DNA from: a virus
Taxonomy: Duplodnaviria; Heunggongvirae; Uroviricota; Caudoviricetes
Reading direction: 5' to 3' (one strand)
IMG/VR virus record: IMGVR_UViG_2778261417_000002
Length of the DNA: 5,734 nt
Shown here: positions 1 through 5,734 of the stretch, piece after piece
How positions within the stretch are numbered: the stretch's first letter is position 1
How the letters are laid out: each line of letters starts with the position of its first letter
Program-made: the position numbers and the translations under genes
Notes under the pieces: model-generated
What the model was told of the DNA's origin: nothing
What the model saw: only the letters and a program-made list of their open reading frames with translations
Databases searched by the model: none

Positions 1-3000
1 GGGAATGATTTGGATACTGTTTTAACAAAATCGCCTCTGACCTGATTCGCCTCCAGCATGCCCTTAATCGTACAGTTCTCATTTATCGTGACGTTGTTTA
101 GCGTCCCGGAGTTAGCATTCACACTGCCACTGATATCCGCATTTTTCGCCGTCAGTCGCCCGTCCGGTGCCAGGGAAAATGCCGGAGGATTACCGCCGCT
201 GGTAATGGTGGGAGCCGTCAGATATTTCAGGAACACGTCATTCATGAATATCTGATCGCCCTGACCAACAAACATCGGTTTTGTGTTGCCATTCGCAGGA
301 TTAACCATCGCTATCCTGTCTGCCGCCAGCAGCACCTGACTCTGCATGCCGTCGGGGGTGTTCTCAATACCGGCACCGATACCCGCAATATAAAGGCGTC
401 CGTCCTGCATCTGCTGCAGCTTCACAGCCCACATGCTGTTCAGGTTATTATTTGTATCAACCTGAACCTTCTGTATCTGCTGAATTGCCGCACTCTGGTC
501 TTCCAGTTTCTTATTGACGGTCTGCGTGATTTCATTGCTGACATCCGTAATGGATGTCCTGATTTCAGCCAGGTCAGGCGCAAGCTGACCGTTATCAATC
601 TGCGTCCACAGCTCCTGAGCCAGATGGGTTTTCCCTATCTCGCCTTTGAAAAAATCCAGATAGCCGGATGCATCATCACTCGGCTGACCAACAGCCTCCA
701 CGAATGCCGATTTGCCAACGGTGTTCACACTGCGAACGTAAAAATAATAATCATGGCCCGGTTTGATATTGATACTGGCGGCTATCCAGTACAGCGCCGT
801 ACCAAGATAGCGGGCTGTGGTTTCAACCTGCCTGATATCGGTAATCCGCTTTTCCGAGAACCAGAACTCAAACTGTACCGTCGGGTCATAAACGGCAAGA
901 TGCGGCGTGGCGGTTATCTGAAAATAGCCCGGCGTCAGCTCAATCCGCGACGGCACTGCAGGTGCGGCAATCCGGAACGATACCGACGCCGGATCGCCCC
1001 GCTGCCCCCGGGCATTTACCGCCCGGACTGTCAGCCTGTAGTTCCCCAGCGCCAGTTGTGTGAAGCGGTAAGTGGTTTCCGTCGTCCGGGCCGTGCTGAC
1101 CAGCCGCTCACTGCCGTCATCCGCTGTTACGGTCAGACGGAGCAGGAAGCTCACCCCCTTCACCACCTTCGGCGTGTCCCAGCGCGCCAGCACCTGATAT
1201 TCCCCGCTGTCTGCGGTGACTTCGGCAGTCAGGTGCTGCACCGCTGGCGGCGTGACACCATTCACCGTGCCGCTCTGGTCGCCGTCAAAGTGCGCCCCGT
1301 TATCCACGATGGCCTCTTTTTCCGGTACATGCTGCACGGCGGTGATGGCATACGTGCCGTCGTCATTCTCACGGATACTCACGCAGCGGAACAGGCGCTG
1401 GCGCAGCGTCGGCAGCTTCAGTCCCCACACGCTGTATTCGGCAACGCCGTCAGGAACCCGGCTCACTTTCACCTTCACGCCGTCGGTGACGGACTGAACC
1501 TCCACGCTGACCGGATTGCCACTTCCGTCAACCAGGCTTATCAGCGTGGTACCGGAGGATGGCAGCGTGATTTCACGGTCGAGCGTCAGCGTCCGGGTCT
1601 GGCTGTTCACCGCCAGCACGCGCCCGCCGGTGCGGATACCGGCATAGTCATCATCGCAGATTTCAATGACATCGCCCGGTACATGGCGAAGCCCTTCGGC
1701 ACCCACGCTGAAGTCCACGGTCTGCGTTTCCAGCAGTTCTGTTTTAATCAGCCACAGCCCGGCGCGGTGCGCCTGCCCCCGGCTGGTACAGCCAAAGGCA
1801 TCCATCTTCGTGACATTACGACCGTAACGGGCAATGGCCTGCGTGTCCTCCACAAGCTCTGTTGCCGTTTCCCAGCCGTTATCCGGGTCAATCCAGTTCA
1901 CCTCAACGGCATTATGGCGGTCCTTCAGGGCGCTGAAACTGTAGCGGAACGGCGCGCCATCATCCGGCATCACCACATTACTGCGGTTATAGGTCCACAC
2001 CTTATCCGACGGCCGGTCCTGCACGAACGTCAGCGTCTGCCCGTTCCATACCGGCATACAGCGCATCGCCGAGCAGAAATCACTGAGCACATCCCACGCC
2101 TTGCGCTGCGTGGTCAGGTACGCATTACAGGTGATACGCGGTTCCGTGCCACCAAAGCCATCCGGCACCGACTGGTCGCAATTCTGGCCGATGACATACA
2201 GCGCCCATTTATCCACATCCGCCGCACCAAGACGTTTCCCCATGCCGTAGCGCGGATGGGTCAGCATATCCCACAGACACCAGGCCATGTTGTTGCTGTA
2301 TGCCGGTTTTAACGTTCCGTCCCAGATACCGCTGTATTGTCGCGTCTGCGGGTTATAGTTCGACGGCACCTGCAGAATGCGCCCGCGAAGATGATAATTA
2401 CGGCTCACCTGCTGGCTGCCGAACTGCTCCGAGTCCACCTGCACGCCGACCAGTGCCGTGTTCGGGTAGCACTGTTTCACATCGATGATTTCGGTGTATG
2501 ACGACCAGAGCGTTTTGTTCTGCAGCTGGTCTGTGGTGCTGTCCGGCGTCATCCTGCGCATCCGGATATTGAACGGGCGCGGCGGCAGGTTACCCACCAC
2601 CACCGAGGCCAGATACTGTGAGGTGGTTTTGCCTTTAATGGTGATGTCTTTTTCCGTCACCCAGCCACCGTTACGTTGTATCTGAACCAGCAGGCGGACT
2701 TCCGACGGATTCCTGTCCCCCTTTGAGGTGGTTTCCACCAGTGCCTGCACGCCGAAGGTAAAACGCAGTCGGTCAATGTTTGCCGACGTGATGGTCCGGG
2801 TGATCGGCGTGTCGTATTTCACTTCCGTACCCAGCACCGCCTCGGAGCCGGAGGATTCAAATCCCTCCGGCGGTGTCTGCTCCTGCTCACCGGCCCGGAA
2901 CACCACCGTGACGCCGGAGATGTTGGTATTCCCCTCAGTGTCCAGCACTGGCGTACTGTTCAGCAGCACGCTTTTTAATCCATCCACCGGACCTTCAACC

Positions 3001-3101
3001 GGCCCTTCGCTGATGGCATCGATCACACTCAGCAACTGCGTGGACTTCAGGTTGTCCTTCGCTTCGCGCGGAGTATGCCCCTTACTGCTGCCTTTACCCA
3101 T
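1..3101 (-). CDS. J: Host specificity / tail tip attachment protein J (central tail fibre), N-terminal ~1033 codons; 3' end of the gene lies beyond the window start
   Basis: Minus-strand ATG at 3101..3099 translates [17 protein letters not shown], which matches my recollection of the lambda gpJ N-terminus. The frame (codon low ends divisible by 3) is still open at 258..231, where it reads [10 protein letters not shown], also a remembered gpJ segment, and at 3..59 (...[11 protein letters not shown]). No other minus-strand ORF appears in the track across 1..3161, consistent with one long frame that runs off the window and so was not listed. GGAG lies 8 nt upstream of the ATG. Lambda gpJ is 1132 aa, so roughly 100 C-terminal codons are missing. 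Confidence 0.93.
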   Translation of the reverse strand, partial: MGKGSSKGHTPREAKDNLKSTQLLSVIDAISEGPVEGPVDGLKSVLLNSTPVLDTEGNTNISGVTVVFRAGEQEQTPPEGFESSGSEAVLGTEVKYDTPITRTITSANIDRLRFTFGVQALVETTSKGDRNPSEVRLLVQIQRNGGWVTEKDITIKGKTTSQYLASVVVGNLPPRPFNIRMRRMTPDSTTDQLQNKTLWSSYTEIIDVKQCYPNTALVGVQVDSEQFGSQQVSRNYHLRGRILQVPSNYNPQTRQYSGIWDGTLKPAYSNNMAWCLWDMLTHPRYGMGKRLGAADVDKWALYVIGQNCDQSVPDGFGGTEPRITCNAYLTTQRKAWDVLSDFCSAMRCMPVWNGQTLTFVQDRPSDKVWTYNRSNVVMPDDGAPFRYSFSALKDRHNAVEVNWIDPDNGWETATELVEDTQAIARYGRNVTKMDAFGCTSRGQAHRAGLWLIKTELLETQTVDFSVGAEGLRHVPGDVIEICDDDYAGIRTGGRVLAVNSQTRTLTLDREITLPSSGTTLISLVDGSGNPVSVEVQSVTDGVKVKVSRVPDGVAEYSVWGLKLPTLRQRLFRCVSIRENDDGTYAITAVQHVPEKEAIVDNGAHFDGDQSGTVNGVTPPAVQHLTAEVTADSGEYQVLARWDTPKVVKGVSFLLRLTVTADDGSERLVSTARTTETTYRFTQLALGNYRLTVRAVNARGQRGDPASVSFRIAAPAVPSRIELTPGYFQITATPHLAVYDPTVQFEFWFSEKRITDIRQVETTARYLGTALYWIAASINIKPGHDYYFYVRSVNTVGKSAFVEAVGQPSDDASGYLDFFKGEIGKTHLAQELWTQIDNGQLAPDLAEIRTSITDVSNEITQTVNKKLEDQSAAIQQIQKVQVDTNNNLNSMWAVKLQQMQDGRLYIAGIGAGIENTPDGMQSQVLLAADRIAMVNPANGNTKPMFVGQGDQIFMNDVFLKYLTAPTITSGGNPPAFSLAPDGRLTAKNADISGSVNANSGTLNNVTINENCTIKGMLEANQVRGDFVKTVSKSF

Positions 3102-3111
3102 TCCTCACGCT

Positions 3112-3143
3112 CCATAAACGACAAAACCGCCCGGAGGCGGTTT
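3112..3143 (-). terminator. Terminator-like or attenuator-like hairpin in the I-J intergenic spacer
   Basis: Perfect inverted repeat aaaccgcc (3124..3131) / ggcggttt (3136..3143) with 4-nt loop cgga. On the coding (minus) strand it reads AAACCGCC-TCCG-GGCGGTTT followed by TGTCGTTTAT, a T-rich tail. It lies 12-40 nt upstream of the J start codon in the 60-nt I-J gap. Confidence 0.3.
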
Positions 3144-3161
3144 CACATAAAACGTTTTTCA

Positions 3162-3809
3162 TCAGCGACCAATCACCACAACCTGACCACCATCCCCTTC
3201 GTCTGCCGTGCTGATCTCCTGAGAGACCACCCGCGACCCCACGCGCATTTCACCGTACAGAACGGGCAGAACATTGCCCTGGGCAACCATGTTATCCAGT
3301 GACGAGAAATACGTGTTCTGTTTGCCGTTATCTGTACTGGCTGCCGTGGGCGTCCTGGCTTTCGGTGCCAACATCTGCGCCACACCGCCCAGGATCATAC
3401 TGGCCCCTGCCGCATACATACCCGATACAGCCGTGGCCCCCAGCCAGCCCACAGGGTTCCACCATGCAACCGCAATCAGCGCCGCCCCCAGCACTGCCTG
3501 AAAAATACCGCCACTTTTAGCACCCGCCGGACGCGGTACGATGTGGATCACGGCACCATTTTCCAGCGGCTCATTAAGACGGGCAGACAATTCAGTTTCA
3601 CCTGCATCACGCCCGGCAATGCGTACCTGGTACCAGCCGTCGCTCAGTTTCTGACGAAATGCCGGGATCTGCATGGCCAGCGCCCGGATGGCTTCGGACC
3701 CCGTTTTCACTCGAAGGTCGATGCGGCGGCCAAATCGTTGTAAATCCCCGTAAAGGCAGATGCGTGCCATGCCCGGTGACGCCAGAGGGAGTGTGTGCGT
3801 CGCTGCCAT
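3162..3809 (-). CDS. I: Tail assembly protein I (gpI), ubiquitin-like N-terminal domain followed by a hydrophobic Gly/Ala-rich segment
   Basis: 215-aa minus-strand ORF, MAATHTLPLASPGMARICLYGDLQRFGRR...GGQVVVIGR, in the position of lambda gene I (lambda gpI is 223 aa from memory). ATG at 3809 is preceded by GAGAGAGG; an in-frame stop at 3845..3843 excludes a longer N-terminus. Stop is TGA at 3164..3162. Sits between K and J as in lambda. Confidence 0.9.
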   Translation of the reverse strand: MAATHTLPLASPGMARICLYGDLQRFGRRIDLRVKTGSEAIRALAMQIPAFRQKLSDGWYQVRIAGRDAGETELSARLNEPLENGAVIHIVPRPAGAKSGGIFQAVLGAALIAVAWWNPVGWLGATAVSGMYAAGASMILGGVAQMLAPKARTPTAASTDNGKQNTYFSSLDNMVAQGNVLPVLYGEMRVGSRVVSQEISTADEGDGGQVVVIGR

Positions 3810-4450
3810 TTGTCGGTGTACCTCTCTCGTTTGCTCAGTTGTTCAGGAATATGGTGCAGCAGCTCGCCGTCGCCGCAGTAAATAGCGGCATGATTCGGCA
3901 CCGATGAACCAAAACAGCACAGCAGCACATCGCCCGGCTGCGCCGCTGACAACGGCACCTGATACAGCCCTGTGGCCTCCAGATTATCCAGATAGAGATT
4001 CTGACCGTTACGCCACCAGTTATCCCCGCGATGAAAATCCGGCATCTCAATTCCCGCCAGATGGTAAGCGTCCCGGAACAGCGTGTAACAGTCCGTCACC
4101 CCGTGCTCAAAGCGCCGCCCGGTGAGATGCGGCACACAGCGGAATTTATGAATCGCCCCCCGGCAGACCAGCCACCACGGCAAATCACTCTGTACCTGCA
4201 GCCGCCGGTCGGCCTCACTCAGCCAGGGCAGACCACCGGGGTGGCTGTGGACCAGCGCCACAATCTCTCCCTGCATTTCTGCACTCAGCCAGTCCTCCGG
4301 CGACATCCGGAAATACGCCTCCGGCTCACCGGAGATATTCACGCAGGGAAAATATCTTTCCTCCTCCGGCGTTCTCACCACGAAGCCGCACGACTCCGCT
4401 GGCGCACATCGCCGGGCGTGCGCCAGAATCGCTGATTCTGTCTCTGTCAT
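3707..4450 (-). CDS. K: Tail assembly protein K (gpK), JAB/MPN metallopeptidase-like domain plus NlpC/P60 (C40) peptidase-like domain
   Basis: 247-aa minus-strand ORF. JAMM motif HSHPGGLPWLSEAD (H-x-H-x7-S-xx-D) at residues 68-81, with an upstream E-x-C-G element (PAESCGFVV, E20). NlpC/P60-like Cys/His/His candidates at C121 (DCYTLF), H187 and H199. ATG at 4450 lies 5 nt after the L stop, suggesting translational coupling. An alternative internal start is Met49 (ATG 4306..4304) with GGAGG 11 nt upstream, which would give the 199-aa product that I recall the lambda reference annotating. The 3' end overlaps I by 103 nt in a different frame. Confidence 0.88.
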   Translation of the reverse strand: MTETESAILAHARRCAPAESCGFVVRTPEEERYFPCVNISGEPEAYFRMSPEDWLSAEMQGEIVALVHSHPGGLPWLSEADRRLQVQSDLPWWLVCRGAIHKFRCVPHLTGRRFEHGVTDCYTLFRDAYHLAGIEMPDFHRGDNWWRNGQNLYLDNLEATGLYQVPLSAAQPGDVLLCCFGSSVPNHAAIYCGDGELLHHIPEQLSKRERYTDKWQRRTHSLWRHRAWHASAFTGIYNDLAAASTFE

Positions 4451-4455
4451 GGGAT

Positions 4456-5154
4456 TTACTGCGAAAGTTTGTTAATGGAAAGGAAGCTGCCAAAGTTGCC
4501 GACATTATTGCGAAACTTACAGCCACTCAGGCATTTGCTGCATTTATCCTTCGTGATATCGGACGTCGGCTGGTCATATTCATCCGCGACCGCCGGACCG
4601 CTATAACCGCACTCATCGCCGCGATAGGTCCAGGTGCAGGTGTTGGCCAGCATGATACGTCCCGGAAAAACAGCGCCATCCGTTTCAGTCGGCGTGGACA
4701 GTACAAAAGAGGCACTGACCGCGCTCAGTTCGCTGCACTGCTCGATGCGCCAGCGGCTGATCACCTCCTGCTCCGGATCGGCTTCGCTGTTTCCGTTGAC
4801 GAAGTTCACCGCATCCAGAAAGCGGGCGTAAACCTTACGCCGGACCACCGTTCCGCCGACCAGACTCTGCAGATCTTCCGCCATCCCGGTGATCATGCCG
4901 TGCAGGTTAGAGACCGTCAGTGTCGGACGGGCAGCACTGCCCTTGCCGTTCATCTCAAATCCACTCCCCTGAATGGGATAGGCCTGATACTGCCGACTCT
5001 GCCAGGTGACAGACTCACCTTTTTCGTTCTGCTCATTACAGAAAAAGTAGCGATCCCCGCCTACCTCGGTCAGGTCGATTTCCCAGAGCACCACGCTGGC
5101 CGACTGCTCCGCACGAATGCATTCATTCAGCGTTTCCTGTTGTATGTCCTGCAT
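4456..5154 (-). CDS. L: Minor tail protein L (gpL), tail tip protein with C-terminal cysteine cluster (Fe-S binding in lambda gpL)
   Basis: 232-aa minus-strand ORF, MQDIQQETLNECIRAEQSASVVLWEIDLTEVGG...FLSINKLSQ, the same length as lambda gpL and closely matching my recollection of it. C-terminal cysteines C173, C182, C205, C208, C212. Start ATG overlaps the M stop as TGATG (5156..5152). Confidence 0.93.
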   Translation of the reverse strand: MQDIQQETLNECIRAEQSASVVLWEIDLTEVGGDRYFFCNEQNEKGESVTWQSRQYQAYPIQGSGFEMNGKGSAARPTLTVSNLHGMITGMAEDLQSLVGGTVVRRKVYARFLDAVNFVNGNSEADPEQEVISRWRIEQCSELSAVSASFVLSTPTETDGAVFPGRIMLANTCTWTYRGDECGYSGPAVADEYDQPTSDITKDKCSKCLSGCKFRNNVGNFGSFLSINKLSQ

Positions 5155-5492
5155 CAGATCACCACTTCGTCAAACTGACACGAAAAATCGGTATAGGTGA
5201 TATGTTCTGTCGCTGACCACGTTCGACACACCACTCTGATTTTTCTGTTAATACCCGGCGGGCGCCAAAAAAAAGATTTATAGCCTTCATGCCGGGCTAA
5301 AAATTTTTCAAATGAATCACGTTCATTCGCCTCAACTTTGAAATCACAGGTGAAAACGCGCAGAGAATGATTAAGTCCATTTGGACTTCGTTGCTCATAA
5401 CCATCGCCAAATCTTACAGTTTTTATCGATGGTTTATTTTCTGTTTTCATTCCATCCTCTGGTAACCAGTGAAATTCTTCCGTATTAGCCAC
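5154..5492 (-). CDS. M: Minor tail protein M (gpM), divergent from lambda gpM
   Basis: 112-aa minus-strand ORF starting at GTG 5492..5490: MANTEEFHWLPEDGMKTENKPSIKTVRFGDGYEQRSPNGL...KSFFWRPPG...QFDEVVI. It aligns colinearly with my recollection of lambda gpM (109 aa: ...FRWKVKPGMD...VRFGDGYSQRAPAGL...KSFLWTPP...EFEQVVN) at roughly 50% identity. The GTG start overlaps the H stop by 8 nt and has GGGGGA 7 nt upstream. An alternative start is ATG 5450..5448 (GAGGA 4-5 nt upstream), giving 98 aa. Stop TGA at 5156..5154. Confidence 0.8.
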   Translation of the reverse strand: MANTEEFHWLPEDGMKTENKPSIKTVRFGDGYEQRSPNGLNHSLRVFTCDFKVEANERDSFEKFLARHEGYKSFFWRPPGINRKIRVVCRTWSATEHITYTDFSCQFDEVVI

Positions 5493-5734
5493 TTAACATT
5501 CCCCCATCACGTCGCATATTTAACAGATTGCCCTGCACCCGCTGATCAACCATCCCCATAAGTGCTTTTATTGCCTGAGGGCCAATCTCTCCATTCTGGC
5601 CGTCATTTTGAATAGTGATTTGGTATACAGGGGCATAGGTAATATCTCCGCCTCCATGGTAATGGTGCCAACTTACTGATTTAGTGTATGATGGTGTTTT
5701 TGAGGTGCTCCCGTGGCTTCCATCTCCATCAGTT
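5485..5734 (-). CDS. H: Tail length tape measure protein H (gpH-like), C-terminal fragment; 5' end beyond the window end
   Basis: Minus-strand frame with codon low ends at 1 mod 3 is open from the window edge to TAA at 5487..5485. I translated it by hand as ...TDGDGSHGSTSKTPSYTKSVSWHHYHGGGDITYAPVYQITIQNDGQNGEIGPQAIKALMGMVDQRVQGNLLNMRRDGGMLSG*. The call rests mainly on synteny (immediately upstream of M, overlapping its start, as H is in lambda). I cannot confirm sequence similarity to lambda gpH from memory. Confidence 0.6.
   Translation of the reverse strand, partial: TDGDGSHGSTSKTPSYTKSVSWHHYHGGGDITYAPVYQITIQNDGQNGEIGPQAIKALMGMVDQRVQGNLLNMRRDGGMLSG

Noticed and set aside
58-255. 65-aa plus-strand ORF at the window start
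   Set aside because: Antisense to the distal part of J. The minus-strand J frame here still reads lambda-like sequence ([10 protein letters not shown]).
624-2312. 562-aa plus-strand ORF, the longest complete ORF in the track
   Set aside because: It lies entirely antisense to J in the same codon register. Its translation is Arg/His/Pro/Gly-rich low-complexity sequence with no recognisable motifs, and there is no ribosome-binding context. This is the typical long open antisense frame of a GC-rich, stop-poor gene. The J frame on the other strand matches lambda gpJ.
2728-3117. 129-aa plus-strand ORF, plus the neighbouring plus-strand ORFs at 2300..2488, 2485..2685 and 3075..3302
   Set aside because: All are antisense to the 5' part of J or to the I-J junction, have Ser/Thr/Pro-rich low-complexity translations, and break the otherwise uniform minus-strand operon. 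No supporting signals.
3173-3385. Minus-strand alternative-frame ORFs nested inside I, K and L (3173..3385, 3835..4050, 4326..4526, 4527..4715)
   Set aside because: Out-of-frame overlaps with well-supported genes. Translations are Arg/Cys/Trp-rich, typical of off-frame reading. No evidence of an overprinted gene.
3707-3809. The 103-nt K/I overlap as a possible assembly or annotation artefact, or as a programmed frameshift site
   Set aside because: Both frames are open and each encodes sequence continuous with its protein. The same overlap length exists in the lambda reference as I recall it (K and I annotated overlapping by about 100 nt). There is no slippery heptamer at the junction. I treat it as a genuine conserved gene overlap.
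4031-4435. 134-aa plus-strand ORF, plus other plus-strand ORFs at 3274..3501, 3299..3520, 3543..3743, 3659..3907, 3904..4125, 4634..4831 and 4900..5178
   Set aside because: Antisense shadows of I, K, L and M. The sense-strand genes have clear lambda homology and conserved motifs, and none of these has a plausible start context or recognisable domain.
5267-5274. A8 homopolymer (T8 on the coding strand) inside M
   Set aside because: It could in principle be a slippage-prone tract, but it sits in-frame within a conserved stretch (KSFFWRPPG) and there is no alternative-frame product or other sign of programmed frameshifting or phase variation. Most likely incidental.
1-5734. Possibility that the window holds a defence system, toxin-antitoxin pair or other accessory cargo
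   Set aside because: Every stretch of the window is accounted for by contiguous lambda-like tail genes on one strand. Intergenic space is limited to 5 nt (L/K) and 60 nt (I/J), and there is no room for, or signature of, an inserted moron or accessory cassette.

Overview
This window is the tail-tip / distal tail assembly module of a lambda-like (lambdoid) siphovirus or prophage, encoded entirely on the minus strand. Reading in the direction of transcription (high to low coordinates): the 3' end of the tape-measure gene H (5485..5734, 5' end outside the window), M (5154..5492), L (4456..5154), K (3707..4450), I (3162..3809), a 60-nt spacer carrying a hairpin, and about 1033 codons of the host-specificity gene J (1..3101, 3' end outside the window). 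Gene order, sizes and junctions (TGATG overlap at M/L, 103-nt out-of-frame K/I overlap, 60-nt I-J spacer) match the lambda late operon as I recall it. All plus-strand ORFs in the six-frame track are antisense shadows of these genes. I see no rRNA, tRNA, CRISPR array, insertion sequence or integrase. I do not find a convincing previously undescribed system here; it is a well-known module. The points worth a second look are the true start of K (the JAB/MPN glutamate sits in the N-terminal 48 codons), the K/I pairing of a JAB-type peptidase with a ubiquitin-like protein, a compositional and divergence break at the M/L boundary suggesting a mosaic junction, a terminator-like hairpin between I and J, and divergence at the distal end of J. 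All homology statements rest on my recollection of lambda protein sequences and on motifs read directly from the translations; no database search was run.
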